A DNA stretch of 64,000 bases from Lama glama (lineage: Eukaryota): NCBI GenBank assembly GCA_028534125.1, contig CM052817.1, positions 93,808,001 to 93,872,000 of the forward strand. The letters run 5' to 3'. The notes under the pieces are model-generated. The model did no database searches and had not been told where the DNA came from. It saw only the letters and a list, made by a program, of their open reading frames with translations. This document shows, one piece after another, positions 13,850 to 24,850 of this stretch. The translations under genes were made by a program, and so were the position numbers. Position 1 is the stretch's first letter; every line of letters starts with the position of its first letter.

Positions 13850-15795
13850 TGAAGAAGGAAAATACTTAGACAAAATGACTGATGCCCAACAGAGGCCTTT
13901 ACATCTAGCACGAAAAATCCCCCAAATCAAAACTTTACAGAGAGACATACCAAGTTTCTGTGCTATAGGATTAAATCTCATACAGTTGCCAGTTCTCCTC
14001 AATTCCATGAACGCACTCAACCTTATCTAAACATATTTTGGGGCAGCTTTATCAAATTATTATAAAATGAGTCTGGAAGAAGTATCAGTGAGAATGTCTT
14101 AAAAGCTACACACAAACACAGAAAAATCAGCAAGAAGAAAGTATTAACACTATCAGGTATTAAGCAAATAACATTTAAACCTGTGTGATATTAATTAAAG
14201 AACACTGACAGAACACTAGAATCAAGTATGTGTACCAGAAGCAGAGACCCACTATGTGGGAGCGTGTGTGTGTGTGTGTGTACCTCTAGAATTAGATAAC
14301 ATATGATACGATGTGATAGAATCACAAATTAAGTGGGAAATGGATGGATTATTCAAAAATTGCTGCAGAAAAATGTTATTTTTAGGAGGGAAATCAATTT
14401 AATGTTTACCTCACACCATATGCCAAAACAATGTTGAGTGGGCTAGTGATTAAAAAAAATCATTAAAGAATTAGATCTAAATTGTTTTAAAGGAAGAATA
14501 ATTTAGGTAAAGTTTAATCTGTTTTATAAATCAGAAAGTATTGTCTAAGCAAAAAAAAAAAGGAAGAAGTATGACATTCAACTTAACTACCCATACATTT
14601 TCATCATTCATATGCTAAAAAAAATAAGAAAGAGAAACAATAGAGATAACATAAATGAAAACAGGACAGTATCATAAAGGACACTAAAATCGATGAAAAG
14701 AAAACCAAGGGTCCTGATATGCAAACAGGCTAAAAATATGAAGTAATATTAAAAATAAAGCACAAATGAAAATAAGCATTTCAAACATGTTCAGCCTCAC
14801 TTAATCAAACAAAAATGGAAGAATGCAGTACTTTAAAGCCTAAACTTCACAGTAAAATCCATCTTGGCCCCTGACTCAGTTCTACCACTTACCAGTTGTA
14901 TGACTTTGGGGAAGACACTTAACCTCTCAAAAAAATCACCTTTCAAATGGGATGGCAATCTTGTCCTCCTCTTAAGGTTGTTGCAAAGATTAAAGGAGAC
15001 AGTACAGATAAAGGTCTTGGGTGATGGATGGCCTGGGAGGTGCTAAGTGTTACTGCTGCTGATGTTGCTAGAATCTTCTTCCTCATTCCAATTAACAAGC
15101 TTTAAAAATAATAACATCCCTCAGTGCTGGTGAGGGTGGAGACTGGACTTATGTACTTCCAGGGGCAATGAAAATGGGTACAGTTTTTCTGGAAAGCAGT
15201 CTGGCAATATGTATAAGGAGTTTTATAAGGTCCATTATCCTACTGCAAGGAATCATTCCTCAGAAAACAGCGAAAATGATAGACAAGGAATATCAGAAAA
15301 TGAGGTCACACAGAAAAGATTCATCACAGCATGTTAAAGGGGAAAAATGCTAATAATGTAAGAGACTAAGTTGCAAGGATGGTTAAACAAATAATAATGA
15401 TTCGTATGCCTAACTATCAGGTAGTAATTTTTTAAAAATGGTTAGAGAAGTGTTTACAGGCATGGGAAAACTGATTTTCTTTTTCATTTATTGCTGTAAA
15501 CCAGTATAGAGCTTAGCACAGCACCTGGCACAAAGTAGGTGCTCAAATTCTAAACTGAATTGAACAACAGAATTCTAAGTGGAAAAAAAAAACAGAACAC
15601 TCGTCTTCACACACACACATGCACATACTATAATCTCAACTTGTGTAAATGAACCACATGAAATCCTACGAAGAAATATGATAGAATGCTATGGATATGT
15701 CCTTGGGGTTTGGTTTTTTTTTCTGTCTCTTTAGACTTTTCACTACTTGCCAAATTCTTTTCAATAAAGATTTATTAAATTTATAATCTGAAAAA
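13850..15795 (+). mobile_element. Highly decayed old L1 (L1ME-like) 3' half with nested MIR/L2 fragments
   Basis: ORF2/3' remnants (tacctcacaccatatgccaaaa; cagtgctggtgagggtgga; aaatgggtacagtttttctggaaagcagtctggcaatatgtat) ending in an A-tail at about 15790. Confidence 0.65.
14855..15060 (+). mobile_element. MIR SINE
   Basis: ctaccacttaccagttgtatgactttggggaagacacttaacctctc...ggttgttgcaaagattaaa. Confidence 0.8.
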
Positions 15796-15887
15796 AAAAA
15801 AGAAGAGAGAGAGGAAGGAAGGAAGGAAGGAAGGAAGGAAGAAAGGAAAGAAAGGAAAGAAAGGAAAGAAAGGAAGAAAGGAAGAAA

Positions 15888-15941
<54 letters not shown>

Positions 15942-15943
15942 AA
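15790..15943. repeat. Compound polypurine microsatellite: A-run, (GA)n, (GGAA)n, intermediate units, (GAAA)n
   Basis: About 150 nt of uninterrupted purines. Confidence 0.95.
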
Positions 15944-17104
15944 TCAGCCAGAAGCCAACTGGCTCAATTATTTCCCATTACACTATTCTGAATATGTACC
16001 ATTCTTCACTCCCACCCAAAATATAAAATGGGAAATGGGAGCATGAACAACATGAATAAATTGGGAGGCAGCCTTTAAAACATAGCCCAGGAAAGAAAAT
16101 ATTATAGGAAATTTCAAAAAAAAAGTCAAAAAATTATGTGCCTCATATTAATAAAATTATACAGGGGCTTTGTTCCCTATATAATTTATGCCTATGAAAA
16201 ACATGGTGTGGCATAAACCATTTAGATACAAATTACCTGTTTTCTCTACCATGGAATTATATTTTCTCTTAGACACATAATGTCACAAAGATTTATACAT
16301 AATGGTTACTGTCAAGTTTTTGAAATCTGAAAAAATTCTATTCCCTTACAATTTCAACTCCACACGAAATCTAAAAGGTATATTTTGGGAGATTCATGAC
16401 ATTCTCGAAGGGAAGGACCAAACAATTTCTCAGATTGCCAAATTCTCAAACACGCCCACCAGGGATAATTAGCTCCAGAAAGTGAAGAGCCATGTCACCT
16501 AGAGCATAAAATCACCTGGACATATGACCGCCGGGCCGCTGGCTCGGCTCCCTCCCTGAAAGGCCAGTTTCCAGGACTGTGTGATTGAAATTTACACTTC
16601 AGCAAAATTATAGATTACTACATGGAAGTAATTTAAGTAATTTAAGACAGAAGGTAAAATCTGGACTCATGCAAACTAAATTCTTGTATGCCAAGGGTCT
16701 GCTGTATCCACAGTGTCTGCCTCTTTAGAAGTAAAATGTTATAGCAGAGAACTGTGGTGATAGGATGTGCAGTCAACCTTTGTTTTCATCTAAGAATCCT
16801 AATGCAGTCATTCGTTTTCAAGCATGTACGAACTACTTACCATGGTCAAGGAACATTACTGCACACTTTTGGTGATTTAAAAAAAAATACAATATAGAAC
16901 CTAAACTGAAATCTGTTCCTTATATAGTCTTCCATATCTTCCAGAAATACATTCAAGTGTTTAATTTACCTAATATCAAGACGTCTAATTTTTTAAGTGA
17001 AATATGTAGTGTTTACACTTTAGGAATTATTTTTAAATTGCCCTTCATATGATACCTACTTCTGTAAATAACTTCTTCACAAGTCTATTTCCTTTGATAT
17101 AATT

Positions 17105-17270
17105 TCTAGGATTTGCTTCCCAAAACTCCAGGGAGGGGAAAAGTGAGTGGGACTGTGAGTAAAACAAGAATGGCCATGATTTGACAATTACTGAAGCTGG
17201 CTGATGGAAAGAAGAGAGTTCACTGTATTATTTTTTTGTTGTGCTTACAAGTGCATGTAGTAAAAAGCTT
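17105..17270 (+). mobile_element. Old L1 (L1MC/L1MD-like) 3' end
   Basis: ggatttgcttc...aaaacaagaatggccatgatttgacaattactgaagctggctgatgg...gttcactgtatta. Confidence 0.7.
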
Positions 17271-18167
17271 TTTTTTAAAGAAGTATATTTCTTAATTATG
17301 CCAATTTATGTTGATTAATTTTTCCATGGTTTCCATTCCCACAACAATGAACACTTTTGAAATGCCTACCACATTGGTCTTGAGGAGGTTCCAGTCAGGT
17401 GACTGCACAATGCATAGGTCACCTTCTGGTGCACGGATGATGGAATGAATTTTAATTCTGCTGTGACCCATAATTTAATCATTCAGCCAAAGAAAGGGAT
17501 GTTGACATCCAGATTAACCAAGAAGAAATGGTTTAGATAAATTTCAGCTGTCACAATAAAGTAAATTATAGTGCTACATGGCTAATCCAATTTGATCACT
17601 GTGGTGGCCAGACCATCACTATTACAGAGGACATCAGGGAACTGCTAAAGTGTCAGTGAAACAATTTGCACTTTTTTTTTCATATTGTCTCAAGGGCAGA
17701 AAGATAGAGAAAAATTAACAATTATAGCCTTCAATTCCTAGTAAAAAGAATCTGCTTAGCCTGTGTAATGAGAGGATAAGGATTAAAATGCAGATGGTTA
17801 ATACAGTGTCTGTTTTAAAATGTCCACATGGGGTTTTTTTTTTTTGTCTCGTGTTCACTTAATTTTCCCTTCCCCTTCTCTTACCTAGTCATAAGCAGAA
17901 TTCTGGCATGTTTAATTCAATTAATTCCTAACAATTCCTTACATAAGCAGACCCCACATAAAAGTAGAGTATGTTAAATATTACAATCAAATCTTTAAAG
18001 CATTACAAACAATAGATCTTCTAAATATACTGACTGCTAAGGATTTAGCTGCCTGTTGATTTTAATTTCATTAACTCGTTCGTGATATACATAAATTCCG
18101 TTTAAAGAGAAGCTTTGATACTGAGTATACTGCAATCAAAAAGACCCAAGGCGACTGAGCATTGCAC

Positions 18168-18186
18168 ACTGCCACCTAGTGTTCAA
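18168..18186. promoter_or_regulatory. Candidate CTCF site
   Basis: ctgccacctagtgttca, near match to the CTCF core TGCCACCTAGTGG (one mismatch). Confidence 0.45.
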
Positions 18187-19118
18187 TGTCTCTTTCAATT
18201 CAAATGCACAATGGATGTGGAAAGGCCCTATTTTAAAGCAAATTTATCCAAAAAGACAGCTCTGAACATATTTACTCATAATTGCTTCAAGAGAATAAGG
18301 CTAGTAGGAAGAAATGAAATTACACATAACATAAAATCATCCCTGGCTCATAAATTTAGGTAAAAAAGATCTGATTAGTAAGTATAAAAACTTATGGGTT
18401 TTGTTAATGAAGACATGAAATTCTTTTAAAGGGTGATTTTTTTAATACTGTGCATCAAGTATGCAACATATTCTATTATGAACATGATATATGCCCATGC
18501 TCTAAGTGGAATATGTGGTTATCTAGCAAGTTTGGTATATGAAGATGTTCAAAAGGGCTTCATAGGATGTTAAATAATCACTATTGACACTTTCAAACTT
18601 TCTTAAGGACATAGTTATAATGTACGCTCATCTACACATCATAATTTCAACCTAAGATGTCACTGGTTTTTCGTTCTGCTTTATTTTTCCCAGTGGTGAA
18701 TGATTTTTGTGATTTGATTGTGCTAATTGCTGGCGCTCATCTCAGATCTTCTGGCTAGAAAAGCAAAGCCCCAAGGAAATGAAATGAGAAACATTTGACA
18801 GGCTGGATTAAAGACCAAATTGCTATAGAGAACTGTGCCAGGGTTAAGAGAGTACATCTTATTTGCTTCACTGGGTAGTCCCCAGTTTGGTCCTCTTAAT
18901 GTACTGTAACTATCTATTTTAAGAACTAAGGTGAAAGGTGAAAGAGTCATATTTCTGTCAGTTAAGTTTATTATAGTGAAAAATGCTCAGAGGACTCCCT
19001 TTAAATCACTGTTGCTTAACTTTTTAAAAATCACGCTCCCTTTGGAGAAACATAAAAATCTCCGTTTCTCCTTTTAAAGTACTGACAATGTATAAACAAA
19101 TGATACATTAAAAATAAG

Positions 19119-19128
19119 CCATATATGG
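19119..19128. promoter_or_regulatory. CArG box (SRF site)
   Basis: Perfect CC(A/T)6GG: CCATATATGG in repeat-free intronic sequence. Confidence 0.4.
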
Positions 19129-19371
19129 AAATTTTAAAGAATTATATTTTATACTGATCTTGGAAGACATTTTTCATTGTTGTTGTTATGCTAGTAATTC
19201 AAAGTCAGAGTCTCAAGGCTGCCTCTACATCTCACAAACTTCCCCAACCCTGGAAATGTGGGAAATGGAGAACGGAGCTCAGTCATTTCAGTATTAGGCC
19301 TATTGCATTGCTTCCTCTTAACAACCAGTAGGGCTGGTAAAAATAGAAACATAGATGATAGACAAGTGGAG

Positions 19372-19432
19372 GGGAAGGAAGGAAGGAAGGAAGGAAGGAA
19401 GGAAGGAAGGAAGGAAGGAAGGAGGGAGGGAG
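19372..19432. repeat. (GGAA)n microsatellite
   Basis: Direct reading. Confidence 0.95.
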
Positions 19433-22400
19433 AAAGGAATTTCTCCTTTAAGGGAAGTGTTGTCTCCATCCCCTTGAAATCATTAATTTAGATAATTCCC
19501 AAAGGAATCTCTGATCAAAGCCACATGATCTAGAAAACTTCTATTTCCTTTAATCAGCTTAACCAAAAGAACGCTGCCAAGTCGATTTCACGTAGCTCTG
19601 CAAAGGGCTATTTTGAGGCCTCTACCACACAATTAGGACACCTAGCTGGTACTGCTGCCAATGCAGAAGACAAAACTTACTCAAAATATTGCAATGTAAG
19701 AGAGACAGTTTGGAAACCATGATTTAAGAACACATATTATACTGCAATCCAACTCTTCTCATTCTATGCTGGGGCTACATCCATCAGTGTTCACTAAAAG
19801 TACAAAGACAATTGGAAAAAAAAAAAAGTCAAGTTGCTCCTTGATATTCCATTGGCCTTATGGCATACCAACTATAACAAGACACTTCAAACAAGACAGT
19901 GGTTACAATTATGCCTTACACAAGAAAAATCCCACAGCAGCTGCAGATACACAAACAATATAGTTATGATAATAAAACTTCATAAGCATTTTTAAAAGCT
20001 CCTATTGATCTACAAGGGAGTGAAAATATCTAAAGTAAATGAACAAATCTTGATTCAAAAGACAATTATGCCTGAGACTCTGAAGATTCCTTACATTTTT
20101 CCCTCATATCTTCATGTGGGTCTAGGTACATACTGCATTTGAAGTTTTGAAAAACAAAAGCTATGTGCATCTTGCACACAAAAATGCAATCACAGCAGCA
20201 TCATTTGGATTTATCTAAACATAAATGTTTAAACTGAAATTATTTGTCTAATAACCTCATTTCTTAGCCTGAATATGAAAGCATGTATATTTATGAGTAT
20301 GTTCTAAGGAGCTCTATAATCACGGATTTCTAACTCAATACAACAAAGTAGCTACAAAATGGCTATGAAGCTGATTCCCTAAGACTTTAGAAAGACAGAT
20401 AGCAAGTGTTGAAAAATTAAGGTACAGAATACAGAAGAGACAGATACAACTTTCAAGTGAATATTAATATTTAACCTGAGATTATTTAAAACAGATCATT
20501 TCTGTCTATTAGAATCCCCATGGTTATGAAAGATAAGAATTTATTCCACACCGATTACAAAAATTATGGTATCTGTATATCTAATATTAGTACCAGCTGG
20601 GAATTGCACATTTTGAAATAAGAAAATGTAACAGACATTCAGTAAGCATTTTACTCACTAATTACGATTTCATAATTTTTAAACTTTGTATTCTCAGATG
20701 TCAGGTAAATCTGACAGCTGACATCCACTCCATTGCTAAGAGATATGAGATCAGTTTGCACCTGTTTCTTTGTCTTTAGGAGAACTGACCCCTAGGGTTT
20801 TGCCTCAAAGTAGTGAAAGTTACCTCTGTTACCCATGTGAGGATTTATATTACTTTTATTAGCAGAAACTCCCTGGTCTCAGAAAGGAAATGAATTACTT
20901 TCAATTTTCACAATTTAGAACAAATATCTGTCTTTTCTCTCAGCTCAGTGATTTTTCTGGTGCACACAGCTCACATATAATATCATTATGTTAAAATCAA
21001 ATTTAACTAATGAGTCTATGCTATGAGTATTTTGACAAAAAAACTTATGAGAAATGAAGTCATTCAGTCAATTTGCAACCCCAACGTGAAGCTCAAACCT
21101 AAAATTTAAAAAGTATTTTCTGCCTATAACTTTGACCATGTGCTTCTTTAAACAGCTAGAGGGACAATTCTAAACTTGGTCTGCCTGGTTTTTCTTATAC
21201 TTTATCAAAGGATCAAAAGCAAAACACAGTTAAAAAGATATACAATCTAACTGATCATTAATTTATCACAAATAAATACTGATCTGCCTAATCAAAGAGA
21301 ATATTCTCTTAAAATAAGAACAGTATTTCAATTAGCACATATGTTTGCTAACAACATGGGAGATCTTGACTCTTCGTATATACGTATCATAACCTTTCAA
21401 GGACAATGTACCAAATCACATTTTAAAGAAATACGTTGAAAAGCATTGCACTGCAGTAGTTACTTATATTACTACAAATCCAAGAAGTTCAATCTTCAGC
21501 GCCCAAGTGCATATGTATTACAAAGCCATCGATCATCTCCTTTGATTTCATACCAGTGCTTTACTGGGATATATCGCAAAGGAACAAGATAATGCATTTC
21601 TTGGTCTATTAAGGGAGACGGTGCCCACATACCCAGTCCTCTTTTTACTCAACTTCTTGCACTAGCCAGCTGCCCTGCTGGTGATTCCTTCCACCTTATA
21701 TGCTGTCTTAGCATTGTCCAATAACCACTACTGCTGGTCCAGGACCCACTAAGAAAATTCCTATTGCAAGCAAGGACTTTGAAGTGCAGTCGTACACCTA
21801 TATGCAGGCTATCTAGTGCCCATCCTGAGGGGCACTCAGTGTAGACAAATCTACACTCTGTCTTCCAGGCTTTCACTTATTTTATAGAGCCACACCTTCA
21901 CAAACAAGTTCTGTCATACCGAGAGGAAGGAGATATGCAAAATGTAACACCTGGAGTCATAAATGTAATGGCCTTAAATAACACATCTCAGAAAGAGGGA
22001 GGAAACCTAGTTCCGGAGAGGGGCGGGGGGAAGTGGAGAAGACAGGCAAAGTAAATCCGCATCATTAAAACAAGAGCAATAAAAAACCCTCCCGGGTTTT
22101 TCCAGTAAGTTTTGTGCAGCGGCGGCAGCAGCAGCAACAACAATCTAATCAATATGCTCATCCTCACCCTTATACCTCTTGTCCCCAGACAGAACTGCCG
22201 GTGCCTCTCCACTGTGCCAGGACAGAAACCACTACCCAAAAGGCAGGAGATTTCAGAGGCAAAAACAGGTATGTGGAGCTCCAGCATCCTGATCTCAGTC
22301 CCAGCTACAAGCCTGAAAGTCCATTCAGGAACCAGCCCCTGGCTCCTAACACCCCGGGCCTGGGCCCTCCTGACCAGAGGTGCCAGAGAGCTGCGGACCT

Positions 22401-23138
22401 TGCAGCGCAGTTTTCAGACTCCAAACAACCCCCCACCCCCACCACCACTGCGCCCTCAAGCCACAGCCCCCGCTCTCTAACGCCTCTAGCAAGACCTCTC
22501 CGGGGTAGGACAAGAGATGCTAGGTGGCTAAGAGGAGACGTACCGGGCTTCTTTTCCAGAATGAGTTGCTGGGAGTGGGATTGGGGGTGCTCATGGAGAG
22601 GAGCTCTTCAGAAAAAAATCTAAAAACGAGGCAACTGAGACCCCAGTATCAGTCACTCTTACTCCCACCCCCATCCCCCGCCTTGAAGACTTCTGAGGCG
22701 GGTATCGGCGGCAGCTTTGCGGCCGGGATGGGGGTGAGAGCGAGCCCCCCGGGGCCACCGCAGCCACTCCAAAGGGACCGCGCAGGTGGGCGCCGCCTTG
22801 GAAGGTCAGTGAGGCCAGAGTTCAGTTACCCGGGGCCCAGAGAGTGTGAGGAGGTGAGGGTGAGCGCGGGCCTGACTGAGGGGCGCGCGGCCAGAGGGTC
22901 CCCGGGTGTCAGGGGTACCCCGGCCACCGAGGAGAGGCAGCACACCACACCCCTTAGGCGCGAGGGGCTATCGGGGCTACAAGACTGAGAAACTTGATGC
23001 CAAAACAGACAAGCACCCCCCGCCAAGATGTGCCCGCGCGCTCTCAGACCCGCTCCAACGCCTCCCGCCTCCCCCACCGCCCCCCACCCCACTCTACAAA
23101 ACCCCCCCAGAGCCCTCGGAGCCTTGGCGGGTAATTAC

Positions 23139-23227
23139 CTCTCCCGGAGGCAGAATGGGGGGCGGCAGCGGCAGCAGCAGACACTTTTAGCCTGACTTTC
23201 CGGCGTTCGCGGGTGAGCGTGTGCACT
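23139..23227 (-). other. Putative non-coding first exon of a minus-strand gene; coding exons lie left of the window
   Basis: Predicted TSS at about 23227, 30 nt downstream of TATAAATA; 5' splice donor GAG|GTAATT with the intron starting at 23138; no ATG in the exon. Confidence 0.6.
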
Positions 23228-23248
23228 CGGGGCGGGAGCTGTAACCTG

Positions 23249-23258
23249 CTATTTATAG
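23249..23258 (-). promoter_or_regulatory. TATA box coinciding with a MEF2 site
   Basis: Minus strand CTATAAATAG contains TATAAATA and is a perfect CTA(A/T)4TAG; isolated AT patch inside the CpG island. Confidence 0.7.
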
Positions 23259-24375
23259 AGCGGAGCCTTAGCACCCGGGGCTGGGAACCCGGAGGAAGCG
23301 AGCCGGCGGCGCGGCGGCGGCGCAGGGCGCGGGGCGCAGGGCGCGGGCGGCGGCTCCCCGAGGCTCCCGCGCCGCCCTCCGGCTCCCGGCTCCCGGCTCC
23401 CGCCGCGCTCCCCGCCCCGCCGCGCGCGCCCCAGAGAAGTTGTCAGCGGCGCGCCGCCTCTCCGGCTGCTCACACGCCCCCTGGCACGGTCGCTACTTTC
23501 TCCCCACCCCCTCCCCTCCACCCCGCCCCTCCCTGCTCCTCTTCCTCCTCCTCTGCTCGTTCCCAGCAGTCTCCTCCCAATGTCACCGGCGGCCGAATAG
23601 AGGCAGCGACGGCAGCGACAGTCGCGCAACTGGCGCAGCTAGCTTCCCGCGACTAAGGGAGTGGAGTTGGTGCCCCTGCCGCCCAACCTGAAGTGACCCC
23701 CAACACGCTTGCTCTGTGTGCGGCCGCCCCGTACCCCGACCCTCTAACGGGCCCCTCTGCCTGCGGAGACGGTCCCCAGGCTAGGCTGCTGGGAGCGCCG
23801 CTGCGGAGCGCTGATGAGAGGTGACCCGGGGCCGCCACGCTGCGGCCGGGGCCCGGGAAACCACAGGGTTTGAACCCGCGGGAGAAGGCGCCCCAGGCCC
23901 GGGCCACTGGCAGCGCCGGCTCGGACCCGGGGGTCGGGGGCGGGTAATGGGAGGCCATGGCCCCGGGTTCCCCGGACTTCTGCCTGCGACCACCCTGGGA
24001 CCCGTCTCTCTTGCCACTCCTCCGCCTCCCTCGGCTCGTGTTGAGGTCTGGCGAGAGAGACCCGGACCCTGGCGAGGCTTCCAGCTCAGCGCAGCCACGG
24101 CCACCTACCGCCAACCCCCACGTCGTGGCTCGGTGACTGAGGCCGAGCTGCTCCCAACAACTGTGTGACACGCCTGTGGCAGCCTGGGTGCGCGGGGACA
24201 AATCTACACTATGCGTGTTTGGGGTGTCAGGAAAACAGGGCACGTAATCGCGCAGTCTGAACAGAGGCTAAAACTCCCCCACTTCCTCGCCAACAAGCCC
24301 ACGGGCGAAGGCACGCAGCCTGACTATTCCGGGCGGTGGGGTGTGGGGCGAAGGACTGCCCATCTGCGCCTTACA

Positions 24376-24392
24376 GGTGCCACCTGGCGGTT
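24376..24392. promoter_or_regulatory. Candidate CTCF site at the CpG-island border
   Basis: tgccacctggcgg; reverse complement CCGCCAGGTGGCA matches the CTCF core. Confidence 0.6.
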
Positions 24393-24779
24393 CTCGTGGA
24401 GAGGTTTCGACTGAGCTGCTCACAGGTAATGGTGCTGCTGGGAATGCCGAGCTCCAGTCCAGACACGCATCCTCCCTAAGGACACTTTAAATTCACATTT
24501 TAAATAAAATGAAGATGACGGTACATGCGGGTTCCCTTTGCCACGCAGAGAGACCGGAATCCTAAAGTTAAGATGGTGAAATCGACTTGGGCTAAGTCAT
24601 TTCTTACAGTTACACAAAGTGGGAAGCTGGAGCTGCCCCTAGCTGTCACCCCTGCTGTCACTTCCTGCATCTCGGCATCCATTCACTCCGCAAGCATTCA
24701 GCTGCCACTGGGTTATAAGCTTTATCGATGAGAGCAAAGACACTGGTGTTTGGTTTTGGGTTTGTTTTTTTTTCCCCCC

Positions 24780-24850
24780 ATCACTCGTAGAGCTTGGAAC
24801 AATGCCTAACATGCTGTCGCTTCAATAAATGTTTACAGAATGAATTAATA
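24780..24850 (+). mobile_element. L2 3' terminus
   Basis: aacaatgcctaacatg...ttcaataaatgtttacagaatgaat. Confidence 0.6.

Larger units (their letters stand above)
22690..24400. promoter_or_regulatory. CpG island / promoter
   Basis: Abrupt rise in GC and CpG density (many CGCG, GGCGG and GC boxes) against AT-rich, CpG-depleted flanks. Confidence 0.95.

Noticed and set aside
22114..22145. Apparent polyQ (MQRRQQQQQQ) from a CAG/CAA run
   Set aside because: Short imperfect trinucleotide tract on the strand opposite the inferred gene; no ATG start or exon context.
21844..24210. Identical 14-mer GACAAATCTACACT on both sides of the CpG island (21844 and 24197)
   Set aside because: Several 14-mer matches are expected by chance in 64 kb; no further similarity around the copies.
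22112..24243. Many long overlapping ORFs (122-196 aa) in and near the CpG island
   Set aside because: Pro/Ala/Arg/Gly-rich, present in all frames and mostly with non-ATG starts; expected from stop-codon scarcity in GC-rich DNA; no recognisable domain.
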